Shown: piece by piece, positions 37,855-47,087 of the stretch
Numbering within the stretch: the first letter of the stretch is position 1
Layout: every line of letters starts with the position of its first letter
Source: an uncultured Candidatus Saccharibacteria bacterium
Lineage (GTDB): Bacteria; Patescibacteriota; Minisyncoccia; Phycocordibacterales; UBA9973
Reading direction: 5' to 3'
Assembly (NCBI GenBank): GCA_964634365.1
Contig: CAZWJU010000002.1
Location: forward strand, 32,069 to 96,068
Length of the DNA stretch: 64,000 nt
Position numbers and translations under genes: made by a program
The notes under the pieces: generated by a model
The model's input: only the letters and a program-made list of their open reading frames with translations
Database searches by the model: none
What the model was told of the DNA's origin: nothing

Positions 37855-38373
37855 TTGCGAGAACGCATAAACAACCAAATAAGGGCTAAAGAACTAAGAG
37901 TCATAGATAGTGAAAATGGCAATTTGGGTGTACTCTCGTTCAAAGAAGCTCTAGATATGGCGATAGAACGCGGTATGGACCTGATTGAAATATCTCCAAA
38001 CGCCAATCCCCCAGTCGCAAAGATAATGGACTTTGGGAAGTATCAGTATGAACAGAACAAGAAACAGAAGAAGGCAAAAGCAGGGGCGAAACCTACAGAA
38101 ACAAAATCAATACAGGTTAAAATAGCCACCGGCGAACATGATCTAGAGCTAAAAGCTAAACAAGCTTCAAACTGGCTAAAAGAAGGTCACCGTATAAAAG
38201 TTGAACTATTCCTATCTGGTAGAGCAAAGTTCATGGCCGATGCATTTCTAAGAGAGAGATTGGACCGAGTACTACACTTGATAACCGAAGAATACAAAGT
38301 TAGCGAATCTTACAAAAGAGGCCCTAAGGGTATCACAATAACAATCGAACGTGATACTAAAAAAACAATTTAA
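37855..38373 (+). CDS. infC: Translation initiation factor IF-3 (non-AUG start)
   Basis: RINNQIRAKELRVID, PPVAKIMDFGKYQYE. Confidence 0.96.
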   Translation: MRERINNQIRAKELRVIDSENGNLGVLSFKEALDMAIERGMDLIEISPNANPPVAKIMDFGKYQYEQNKKQKKAKAGAKPTETKSIQVKIATGEHDLELKAKQASNWLKEGHRIKVELFLSGRAKFMADAFLRERLDRVLHLITEEYKVSESYKRGPKGITITIERDTKKTI

Positions 38374-38403
38374 CCATTACAAGCAAAAATATTTAAAAAG
38401 ACT

Positions 38404-38592
38404 ATGATAAAAACAAACAAATCATACGCAAAGCGTTTGAAAAAGACAAAAAGCGGAAAACTTTTGGCTCGAAAGCCTGGGTTCAACCATTTTAATGCAA
38501 AACAAAGTCGCACAGAACAACTTGCAGGCCGAAAGATGAAAGAGTTTATTATGAAAAATAAAATAAGAAGCCAAATGCTTCCAAATATGTAA
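38404..38592 (+). CDS. rpmI: 50S ribosomal protein L35
   Basis: KTNKSYAKRLKKTKSGK; synteny. Confidence 0.92.
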   Translation: MIKTNKSYAKRLKKTKSGKLLARKPGFNHFNAKQSRTEQLAGRKMKEFIMKNKIRSQMLPNM

Positions 38593-38593
38593 T

Positions 38594-38938
38594 ATGTCAC
38601 GAGTAAAAAGAGGAGTAATAAAAAATAAGCGTCGTAAAAATGTACTTTCTAAAACTAAAGGTTACCGTTTTGGAAGAAGTACAAAAGAAGCTCAAGCAAA
38701 AGAAGCTATTGCACACGCTGGAACACATGCTTTTGCACACAGAAAAGATAAAAAAGCAGATCGCAGAGCAAGTTGGCAAGTAGATATCAATGCTGCAACT
38801 AGAGAGCTTGGAATGTCATACAGTAAATTCATAGACAAACTAAAGAAAAAGAATATCGGTTTGGATAGAAAAGTTTTATCTCAAATCGCAATAGAAAATC
38901 CTGAAAGTTTTGAAAAAATATTCAAACAGGTAGCATAA
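38594..38938 (+). CDS. rplT: 50S ribosomal protein L20
   Basis: MSRVKRG, KGYRFGRS, LDRKVLSQIA. Confidence 0.96.
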   Translation: MSRVKRGVIKNKRRKNVLSKTKGYRFGRSTKEAQAKEAIAHAGTHAFAHRKDKKADRRASWQVDINAATRELGMSYSKFIDKLKKKNIGLDRKVLSQIAIENPESFEKIFKQVA

Positions 38939-38972
38939 TAAAATCCCCCACTCGGGGGATTTTATTATGCTA
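38931..38972. terminator. Bidirectional terminator whose stem includes both stop codons
   Basis: TAGCATAATAAAATCCCCC-actc-GGGGGATTTTATTATGCTA. Confidence 0.85.
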
Positions 38973-39600
38973 GCGGGTCAGATTTTAATTTAAATTCCTG
39001 CACCTTGTCTTCTTGGACCAATTTCATAACCTTCCTTACTAGCTCTTTAGGATCAGAATCAAAAACAATTTTCGCGTTTGGTCTATGGCCGTCTTCAAGT
39101 AGTTTCTTGATGTCTTTCGCCGTATCCCAATCCCCTTCAAGTATTCCAATAGGCTTGTTATCTTCAAAAGCAATAGTAAACTCGTGGATTGTACCTATAC
39201 GACCACAACCTATAAACACAGCATCGCAAGTTCTAGTAAACAACAGATCTCGTCCAGGATAACCAAAACCTGTATAGATAATCAAATCCATATAATCTAA
39301 AGGCAACCTATAAGTATCTACATGCTCTCGCTCATTTACTGCTGGAGATAAACCAATAGACATCCCCTTCTCTTCTTTTGTTCCCATTGCACTCCAAAGA
39401 GGAAAACCGGTTGTTGCTCCGGTGACTAAAATACCACCCTGCCTAACTATCTCCTTTCCAAGCTCTTTTGCCTTGTCTAGAGCATCAACACCACAGTGAC
39501 CAGTTTCTGCTGCACCAGATACACCAAGCTTAACTTTTAAATGATTGTGTTTGTCTCCATTCCCAATCGGACCGTTGTAACATAAATATTCAGTACCCAT
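38965..39600 (-). CDS. LOG/SLOG family Rossmann-fold protein
   Basis: LVTGATTGFP, TGFGYPGRD, GRIGTIHEF. Confidence 0.8.
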   Translation of the reverse strand: MGTEYLCYNGPIGNGDKHNHLKVKLGVSGAAETGHCGVDALDKAKELGKEIVRQGGILVTGATTGFPLWSAMGTKEEKGMSIGLSPAVNEREHVDTYRLPLDYMDLIIYTGFGYPGRDLLFTRTCDAVFIGCGRIGTIHEFTIAFEDNKPIGILEGDWDTAKDIKKLLEDGHRPNAKIVFDSDPKELVRKVMKLVQEDKVQEFKLKSDPLA

Positions 39601-39610
39601 ATGATATATA

Positions 39611-40978
39611 TTAACACGCTAAGATCACGCTCTCTCCTGGTTTCGGCACAACTGCATCGATACCAAAATTATCGCGTAATTTTTGAACTAAAAATAATGA
39701 CGACTTCGGCTCTCCCATAACTACATAAACTCTTCTGACTGTTTCCTGTGTATCTGAAACGAAATTGATCAAATTGTCAGAATCTTTGTGTCCAGAATAT
39801 CCACTAATCTTTTCTATATGAGCCCTTACTGGTACATCTTCGCCAAATATCTTAACTGTCTTTGCACCGTCTTCTATAGCGCGCCCCATTGTACCGGAAG
39901 ACTGATATCCTATTAAAAGCAGTGTGTTGTTCTCGTCTGGAAGATAATTTTTCTCATGATGAACAATTCTTCCTCCATTAGACATACCACTTCCTGCAAT
40001 TATTATTTTAGGATCTGGAGTATTTAATATCATTTTAGATTCTTCTGTCTTTAGAGTTGCGTGCAGACCCTTAAACATAAATATATCGTCTCCATGATCT
40101 ATGTGTGAAAGTGCGTCTTTGTTTAAAAGTTTTTCGTAACTTCTATATATCTTTGTAAGCTTTATGGCCAAAGGTGAATCAAAAAATATAGGCATCTTTG
40201 GTATACGCTCATTTTCTACCATGTCATTTATTTCAAAAAGTAATTCCTGGGAACGTTCAAGAGAAAAAGTTGGGATTATGAGTGTACCATTACGCTTGAA
40301 GTTGTCTTGGATAATTGCCTGCAATCTCTGCTTGCGCTCCCCTCTAGATTCATGGTTTCTATCTCCATAGACAGATTCCATAATCATATAATCGGCGTCA
40401 TCAATTTTTTCAGTATCTAAAAGTATAGGCGAAGGAGAATTGCCTAAGTCACCGGTAAAAACTATGTTCTTACCATTGTATTTTATATAAAGCATACCAG
40501 ATCCAAGTATGTGACCGGCGTCTTTGTAGAAAATAGATAAATTCTCGAATTCTTTTATCTCCTCATGATAATCAACCCCTTTCCATAATTTCATTATCTC
40601 GGCCACTGCTTCTGCGGTATATATTTCGTCTAGTTTGTGTTCTACATCTCTTCCAAGTATGACTGTAGTATCCAAAAGCATTGGTAGTGCTAAATCTTTG
40701 GTAGCGTTTGTAGAATATATAACTCCTCTAAAACCATCTTTAAAAAGCTTTGGTATACGACCTATATGGTCGATATGTGCGTGTGTTATAAACAGGGCGT
40801 CAATCTGTTTTGGATCATATGAAAAATCTTTCCAGTTTATTTCATCTGCTAGCTTAGTAGATTGTAGTAGTCCACAATCGATTAGTATTTTGTGATTTTC
40901 TGCTTCAAAAAGAAAATTAGCACCAGTAACAGTGCCTGCGCCAGAGCAAAAAGTTACAACAGCTTCTTTTTTATCCAT
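39611..40978 (-). CDS. MBL-fold beta-CASP ribonuclease
   Basis: THAHIDHIG, AGHILGS, FTGDLG, MESVYGDR, GYSGHKD. Confidence 0.93.
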   Translation of the reverse strand: MDKKEAVVTFCSGAGTVTGANFLFEAENHKILIDCGLLQSTKLADEINWKDFSYDPKQIDALFITHAHIDHIGRIPKLFKDGFRGVIYSTNATKDLALPMLLDTTVILGRDVEHKLDEIYTAEAVAEIMKLWKGVDYHEEIKEFENLSIFYKDAGHILGSGMLYIKYNGKNIVFTGDLGNSPSPILLDTEKIDDADYMIMESVYGDRNHESRGERKQRLQAIIQDNFKRNGTLIIPTFSLERSQELLFEINDMVENERIPKMPIFFDSPLAIKLTKIYRSYEKLLNKDALSHIDHGDDIFMFKGLHATLKTEESKMILNTPDPKIIIAGSGMSNGGRIVHHEKNYLPDENNTLLLIGYQSSGTMGRAIEDGAKTVKIFGEDVPVRAHIEKISGYSGHKDSDNLINFVSDTQETVRRVYVVMGEPKSSLFLVQKLRDNFGIDAVVPKPGESVILAC

Positions 40979-40986
40979 CCCGTATA

Positions 40987-41415
40987 TTATATATTATTAT
41001 TTTTATTTGCCCATATATTTCTCAAAACTAAAACATATGCGAGTAAACCTCCGGATATATCAAAAAATAAATCACTTACAGAATCTAGTGGTGTACCCAA
41101 ATCTCCAAAAGTTATGCGAGCAACTCCAAATTCATACAACTCCCAAGCAAAACCCACTGCAAAAACAAACAGGACAAACCTTATAACACTAGATCTAGAC
41201 AATATGTCTGACGGCAATGTAAAAAAACTAGATTTTATAATATGACCAAGACCAATATACAAAAAACCCAAGAACACTCCACCTAAAAAGTGCATTGGCA
41301 TATCAAACCACCAGATACTTAGATACCAAAAAAACTTCATTGCCAGCAAATTGGTAAATAAGATAAACAAAATAAGTACTAAAAGCCTGATTCTGATATA
41401 TTTTGTGGTTGTCAT
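40987..41415 (-). CDS. Membrane protein (DxxxH / WELYE motifs)
   Basis: WFDMPMHFLGG, WELYEF, DSVSDL; four TM. Confidence 0.7.
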   Translation of the reverse strand: MTTTKYIRIRLLVLILFILFTNLLAMKFFWYLSIWWFDMPMHFLGGVFLGFLYIGLGHIIKSSFFTLPSDILSRSSVIRFVLFVFAVGFAWELYEFGVARITFGDLGTPLDSVSDLFFDISGGLLAYVLVLRNIWANKNNNI

Positions 41416-41439
41416 AGGTATATTATACTTTAAAACCAT

Positions 41440-41625
41440 AAAAAAATCCCTGCTTTGTAGCAGAGAGGCTTTTTAGGACTACCCAGAGTTATTACCGTAG
41501 CGTATTTTATGCTACGTGGGTCTCCTCGATGTAGTGTATCGGTCACCTTGCGGCTCCACCAACATTACAAAAGTTTGGAATCCCATAAACTCAAATGTTC
41601 TCGGTAATACTTATAAGTAATCCTA
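41440..41625 (-). ncRNA. Candidate stand-alone ~185-nt structured RNA with terminator
   Basis: Closing helix TAGGATTACTTA/TGGGTAGTCCTA plus AGTATTACC/GGTAATAACT, three internal arms, terminator CTCTGCT-acaa-AGCAGGG-T-tract. Confidence 0.65.
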
Positions 41626-41630
41626 CGGAT

Positions 41631-41659
41631 ATTATAGACTAGCGAATATTATTGCACAA
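41631..41659 (-). promoter_or_regulatory. sigma70 promoter of the candidate ncRNA
   Basis: TTGTGC-N17-TATAAT ending 5 nt before the closing helix. Confidence 0.65.
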
Positions 41660-41700
41660 TCTAGACGAAATTTTTATTTGTTTTAAAACTTTTAAATAAA

Positions 41701-41728
41701 ACAAAAACCCATGATCATGGGTTTTTGT
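41701..41728 (-). terminator. ndk terminator (perfect palindrome)
   Basis: ACAAAAACCCATGATCATGGGTTTTTGT. Confidence 0.78.
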
Positions 41729-41735
41729 CAAAAGA

Positions 41736-42212
41736 TTAATCTTTATGTTCAGAGTAAATCAGATCTGTGTCAATTTTTGCATAAGAGAACAGCTCATCGG
41801 ATTTAAAAAATCTTTTTATTTCATTTTCTCCAGCTTCTACAGAATCAGAAGCGTGAACTAGATTTGACTGAGAGCTCATAGAAAAATCTCCTCTTATGCT
41901 TCCAGCATCTGCTTCATATCCTCGTGTTGGCCCCACAATTAGTCTTATTGCTGATACAGCATTTATGCCTGAAACTGCCATAACTATAACAGGACATGTT
42001 TTCATATAGTTCAAAATACCAGGGAAAAATGGTTTGTCGGCAATGTGTGCATAGTGTTCTTTCAATATAGTATCCTCTACTGTCATCATCTTCATGCCGA
42101 TTATTTTTAAACCCTTTCTTTCAAAACGGCTTATGATTTCACCCACAAGATTACGCTGAAGTGTGTCCGGCTTGATTATTATTAGTGATTTTTCTTCGTT
42201 TGGTCGTGCCAT
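41736..42212 (-). CDS. ndk: Nucleoside diphosphate kinase
   Basis: IIKPD, GEIISRFE, GSIRGDF, NLVHASDS. Confidence 0.97.
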   Translation of the reverse strand: MARPNEEKSLIIIKPDTLQRNLVGEIISRFERKGLKIIGMKMMTVEDTILKEHYAHIADKPFFPGILNYMKTCPVIVMAVSGINAVSAIRLIVGPTRGYEADAGSIRGDFSMSSQSNLVHASDSVEAGENEIKRFFKSDELFSYAKIDTDLIYSEHKD

Positions 42213-42275
42213 ATATTCTTTATATTAATACTAAAGTGCCCTCATAATACCTGAGAGTAGTACTTAAAGCAAGAT

Positions 42276-45005
42276 TTATTGTTGAGCTTTTTTGAACTTA
42301 GCAAAAACTTCTTCTTCGACTTCTACTCGATCACGTCCGTATTTTAGATATGAGATTTGTTTCAATTTTTCTACTATCTCTACGTTTCCTTTTCGTGGTG
42401 CCAGCGTCTCTATATTGAACGGCTTGAGTGCTGGGGCTCCGTTTATAATCATACTCATGTATGCATTGTAGTTGTCGAGTCTTGAGATATCTTGAGCTGT
42501 AAATGTTGGAGAAAATTTTGGCTCCAAGAAACTTGCGTCTTCAGGACTTATGCGGAAGACAGCCATAGACCCAACGTTACCAAATACCGCATTTTTAATA
42601 TCATCTGGAAGTTGTGATATGTATTGGTGGGCAACGTTTAGAGAAAGTCTGTACTTACGAGCCTCAGACAAAATAGATGCTATAGCCGGAGTAGTAACGT
42701 TCTGGAATTCGTCTATATAAAGATAGAAATCTGACATTTGTTTTCCATAAGAATCAACACGAGAAAGTGCCGCCATTTGAAACTTCATAACAATAAGCAT
42801 ACCGATCAAGTTTGCATTGAGTTCACCTAGTCTACCTTTTGAAAGATTCACAAGAAGAATCTTTTTGTTGTCCATAATATCTCTAAAATTCAAAGCAGAA
42901 GTCTCCTGGAGTACAACCGGGCGAGTAAATTCATTTGAAATAAATACATCGAACTTTGAAGTGATATAAGGCACAAAGTTCGCAAGCCCCTGATCCCCTG
43001 TAGTAGCCTCAGCAGACGCCCAAAATTGCTTCACTATTGGGTTTTTGCAATGCTCTAGCTTCATATCACGAAAAGCTTTATCGGCAAGCACTCGAGTGAT
43101 TTCAAGTAAAGTAGAGCCACTTTCTGGATGATCCATCACCAAATATGCACCGTTTTTAAAGTACTGTTCGAACATCGGACCCATAGATTCTTTTGAGAAC
43201 AGTTGGTTAAATATCATCATCAAGGTGTCTATAACCATAGTCTTCTGCTCTGGGTATCGTGGGTCGAACTCAAGCATATTGAGCGCCATCGGGCGAGGAA
43301 TATAAGCTGGATCAAAATATATAACATCATCTATTCTCTCTGGTGGAACATAAGACAAGATATCTTGTATGTCAGTTCCGTGAGGGTCAATAAAACAGCA
43401 CCCGTCACCATTTGCAATATCTTGAGCAATCATATTTTTCAAAATCACAGTCTTACCAGTACCAGTCTGACCAATAACATAAAAGTGTCGCATTCGGTCT
43501 TCGCGCTTCATGTGCACAGGAGTCTCCATCCCTCTGTATTTATTTATACCAAGCAATATACCATCACGAGACATCTCAAGTGGTGCTGGAGCGATACCAG
43601 CCTTGGCTTCTTTCAACTGAGGATTCCCTACTCCTACTGGGAAATGAAATATTGTCGAAAGCTCTCTTAGATTGAGAGGTAGATTTTCTGATTCATTTAT
43701 AAGTCTATAAGAATACTCATGAAATAATTCGGGTAATTTCTTTTCTGGAATTTTATTGAAAACAAATCTATTACTTCCAGGATCGTTGAATTGGTTGAAG
43801 GCACTTTCTAGTTCAGTTAAGATATCATCTGCTCTATTTTTTGTTTCAGCAGAAGAAATAAAGCGCACACTGACTTCTAAAATAGAACTTTTGATTTTCT
43901 CACTTATGTTACTTATTGCGTTGTCGTCAATTTTTTTCTCTTTATCTTTTTCTTTACCAGAACCAAACAATAGGTTTTTCGAAGCACTGATCAAGGCTTG
44001 CCCAACTTTGTATTTTTCATTGGCCTCTTTAACAGAAAGACCGTCTTTTACATCTTTTAAAATACTAGTAAAACGCTTTATAAAAGTATCTCCAGCTGGA
44101 ATAATCGTAAACTGTATAGCAGCGCCCTCGCCTTCACGTTTCATTTTAGAAAAAACATTTAAAATAGCCTGCATAGGATCATGCTCGAGTGCGTCATGAG
44201 TTTTTATAGGCATAATAGGATTCTCGGACAGGCTCGCATACGCACCAGAAGACGCACCGCCTACAGAAAAAATATTGTAGTCATCGCTAACTTCTCTGAC
44301 TTTTGCATCTGTATAGAAGGCAAGAACTTGTTTCTCAAACAACTGACCTTTATTTTTTGGAACAGCAGCATAAATAACGACTTCGTTACTAGAGCTAGAT
44401 AGTGATATTTCGAGTGTATAGTATTCTTTTGTCTTATTGTTTACATCTCCTGCAACAGACTGCATGCCTGCATAAAACTGCTCCATCGCACCCAAAAGCT
44501 CTTTGAAACCCTTTTCGTTGCCTGTTGTAGATGGAGGTAGAGTAATTTCAAATAAAGACATATTGAGCCCTTTGAACACTGGAGTGCCCTCTTTTAGTCC
44601 AGGTATATTTTGAGCTGATACAAGATACTGAACCAAAAATCTATGGAAGTCATCGTCTATATGTGGATTTTTAAACCCAGAAGCCATCTCCATAGCGGCT
44701 TTTATTCCTCTGGAAATCAAAATACCCAAAAGCTCTTCCATTTTGGAATCGTGAGCTTCTGGTTTTAGTCTTAAAACAAACTGACCTGCCTCTGATTCAG
44801 AAACTTTGTTTTTATCCGACAAAACTTGCTCTTGGGGTATATTTTTATATACATCTAGAGTTTCTTTTGCAATATTTTGTATTTCAGGTTTTGCGCCTGA
44901 CTCAACTAACTCTTGCTCTCTCTTGGCTATATGCTCTCGCAAAAATTTCAATTCCTCTTCGGGGGATTGAAATTTTGGTAGTTCCTTGAAAAAGTTTGGT
45001 TCCAT
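42276..45005 (-). CDS. VirB4/TraG/HerA-like ATPase with long N-terminal region
   Basis: RHFYVIGQTGTGKT, FIDPHG, LYIDEFQN, SEARKYRL, AHQY. Confidence 0.88.
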   Translation of the reverse strand: MEPNFFKELPKFQSPEEELKFLREHIAKREQELVESGAKPEIQNIAKETLDVYKNIPQEQVLSDKNKVSESEAGQFVLRLKPEAHDSKMEELLGILISRGIKAAMEMASGFKNPHIDDDFHRFLVQYLVSAQNIPGLKEGTPVFKGLNMSLFEITLPPSTTGNEKGFKELLGAMEQFYAGMQSVAGDVNNKTKEYYTLEISLSSSSNEVVIYAAVPKNKGQLFEKQVLAFYTDAKVREVSDDYNIFSVGGASSGAYASLSENPIMPIKTHDALEHDPMQAILNVFSKMKREGEGAAIQFTIIPAGDTFIKRFTSILKDVKDGLSVKEANEKYKVGQALISASKNLLFGSGKEKDKEKKIDDNAISNISEKIKSSILEVSVRFISSAETKNRADDILTELESAFNQFNDPGSNRFVFNKIPEKKLPELFHEYSYRLINESENLPLNLRELSTIFHFPVGVGNPQLKEAKAGIAPAPLEMSRDGILLGINKYRGMETPVHMKREDRMRHFYVIGQTGTGKTVILKNMIAQDIANGDGCCFIDPHGTDIQDILSYVPPERIDDVIYFDPAYIPRPMALNMLEFDPRYPEQKTMVIDTLMMIFNQLFSKESMGPMFEQYFKNGAYLVMDHPESGSTLLEITRVLADKAFRDMKLEHCKNPIVKQFWASAEATTGDQGLANFVPYITSKFDVFISNEFTRPVVLQETSALNFRDIMDNKKILLVNLSKGRLGELNANLIGMLIVMKFQMAALSRVDSYGKQMSDFYLYIDEFQNVTTPAIASILSEARKYRLSLNVAHQYISQLPDDIKNAVFGNVGSMAVFRISPEDASFLEPKFSPTFTAQDISRLDNYNAYMSMIINGAPALKPFNIETLAPRKGNVEIVEKLKQISYLKYGRDRVEVEEEVFAKFKKAQQ

Positions 45006-45050
45006 TAGTTTCTATTATACAGTATGAAAAATAGATGGTATAGTAGCCAT

Positions 45051-45620
45051 ATGGATAAAATAAACAATTTTGATCATGCTAAGCCTCTTGAGGATATGGA
45101 TCCGAAAGAAAGCATCATATCTAATGCTGGGGGTGTGACCCAACAAAAAGCCGAGGAAATCACTCACCCTGCAGAACTAGAATACAATCAAAGAGATATT
45201 GATTATATTATTTCAACTAAACTAAAAGAAGAATTTGATAAATTAGATACATTTCAAAAATCTGTATTTAATAAATACGGACTGGATCTAAACAAAGAAA
45301 TTGATAGCAAGATATTTGACTTAATGTCTGAGCAAATGTTATTAGAAAGATTGAAAGTACTCGAAGCAACTATAGTTTTAGCAATAAATTCAAAAGAAAA
45401 AACAGAGGAAAGTAGAAGATACTACGAAAAACTACTAAAAGAATACAATGATGAAGTAATACGCTACAAGGATAGATACAAAAAAGAGCACGAACCAATA
45501 CAAAATACAGACCCAAAAGAAGCAGAGGAAATAATACTAAACTTCTTAAATCCAGAAAATAAAGAGCATCAGAAAAAAGAATTAAAACCGGAACAAGTAC
45601 TAGAAGAACAAATGTACTAA
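45051..45620 (+). CDS. Acidic helical orphan protein
   Basis: 189-aa ORF, -10 box 6 nt upstream, terminator 45617-45652. Confidence 0.65.
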   Translation: MDKINNFDHAKPLEDMDPKESIISNAGGVTQQKAEEITHPAELEYNQRDIDYIISTKLKEEFDKLDTFQKSVFNKYGLDLNKEIDSKIFDLMSEQMLLERLKVLEATIVLAINSKEKTEESRRYYEKLLKEYNDEVIRYKDRYKKEHEPIQNTDPKEAEEIILNFLNPENKEHQKKELKPEQVLEEQMY

Positions 45621-45648
45621 AAAACACACCACGAGAGTGGTGTGTTTT

Positions 45649-46413
45649 TTAGATTTTGGTTAATATTTCAGGCTCTCCATCTGTTATCAAAACTGTATGT
45701 TCAAAGTGTGCGCTTTTCTTTTTATCTCTTGTAGAAACTGTATAACCATCATCTTCAAAAATAACTGCGTCACCGCCTTCATTTACCATAGGCTCAATCG
45801 CAACAACCATACCCGCTACCAACTTTTCTCCTTTACCGAGCTTGCCGAAATTTGGTATATATGGATCTTCGTGAATCGCACGCCCTACCCCGTGTCCCGC
45901 AAGTTCACGCACGATACCGTATTTGTATGGTTTTAAAAAACTTTCTATAGCGTGCCCTATATCTCCAGTTGTGTTACCCTCGATAGCTTTTTCTATTCCA
46001 ACATAAAGTGACTGTTCGGCAACAGAAAGTAATTTTTTAGATTTTAAATTAATCTTACCTACACCCACAGTACGAGCATGGTCAGTAAACATACCTTTGT
46101 AGTTCAGGCCTAGATCTAGAGAAACAACATCGCCCTCTTTTAAAACTCTACTACTTGGAATACCGTGAACTATTTCATCATTTACTGAAATACAGATTGT
46201 CGCAGGATATGGATAAGGCGCTCCGTCAGGCTGATAGTTCAAAAAAGCAGGTTTGCCACCGGCCTTTTTGATTAGTTCATACGCATATGTATCCAATTCA
46301 TCTGTGGTAACCCCTGGCTTTACTTTCTTGATGACAGAATCCAAGATCTTACCCAAAATCTTTCCACCTTCACGTAGAATTTCTATTTCTTTTTTTGTCT
46401 TAATTATTATCAC
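45649..46413 (-). CDS. map: Methionine aminopeptidase type I
   Basis: CISVNDEIVHGIP, GHGVG..IHEDP, AIEPM, SAHFEHT. Confidence 0.97.
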   Translation of the reverse strand: MIIIKTKKEIEILREGGKILGKILDSVIKKVKPGVTTDELDTYAYELIKKAGGKPAFLNYQPDGAPYPYPATICISVNDEIVHGIPSSRVLKEGDVVSLDLGLNYKGMFTDHARTVGVGKINLKSKKLLSVAEQSLYVGIEKAIEGNTTGDIGHAIESFLKPYKYGIVRELAGHGVGRAIHEDPYIPNFGKLGKGEKLVAGMVVAIEPMVNEGGDAVIFEDDGYTVSTRDKKKSAHFEHTVLITDGEPEILTKI

Positions 46414-47002
46414 CTTTTAAAACTGAAATCTTTTTAACTAAATCTTCGTGGACCTTTTCAATAGGTTGCTCTCCATGAACATCTATAAAATGATATCCCG
46501 AATGATTTCTAAAATACTCTATAGCTGGCAAAACATCTCTGTCGTACCAATCGAGACGAGATTCTATGTACTCTTCTGTATCGTCACTTCTACCACGACT
46601 CATCATACGTTCCTTTGACCAATTCCTAGATACATTTATAGATATTACATAAGGTCTTTCCCTTTTATAAAAAGAAATCGCAGAATCAAGTACTGGTGCT
46701 TCTGAGGCACGACGAGCTAGACCGTCTAGTATCAAATCCTCTGTTCCACCAAACTGCTCTATCAGTGAGTCTGCCCAGATCCATACAGGTAAAAAAGGTG
46801 GTAGTAATCCCCCGTCTTTCATAACCTCTTTTGTCAGATTGGCTGTATAGTTATCTTTCTGGATAAAATCTCTAAACTTTTCGCCTGTTTCAAGGTAAAT
46901 AACCTTGCGATTTTTACCTTCTAAAAGCTCTTTTAATAGTTTTGCTTGTGTTCCCTTGCCAGATCCAGATCTACCAAAGAATATAAATGTTTGTGGGGGC
47001 AT
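46400..47002 (-). CDS. adk: Adenylate kinase family
   Basis: GRSGSGKGTQA, LILDG, RGRSDD; between secY and map. Confidence 0.9.
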   Translation of the reverse strand: MPPQTFIFFGRSGSGKGTQAKLLKELLEGKNRKVIYLETGEKFRDFIQKDNYTANLTKEVMKDGGLLPPFLPVWIWADSLIEQFGGTEDLILDGLARRASEAPVLDSAISFYKRERPYVISINVSRNWSKERMMSRGRSDDTEEYIESRLDWYDRDVLPAIEYFRNHSGYHFIDVHGEQPIEKVHEDLVKKISVLKGDNN

Positions 47003-47087
47003 AGTCGCATCGTATCATAAAAAACACTTTTATAAAAATAAAACCTAGAACTAAGTTCTAGGTTTTATTTTTCAAATTTTTATATAT

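Noticed and set aside
37855-37857. Non-AUG start of infC
   Set aside because: Expected autoregulatory feature of infC
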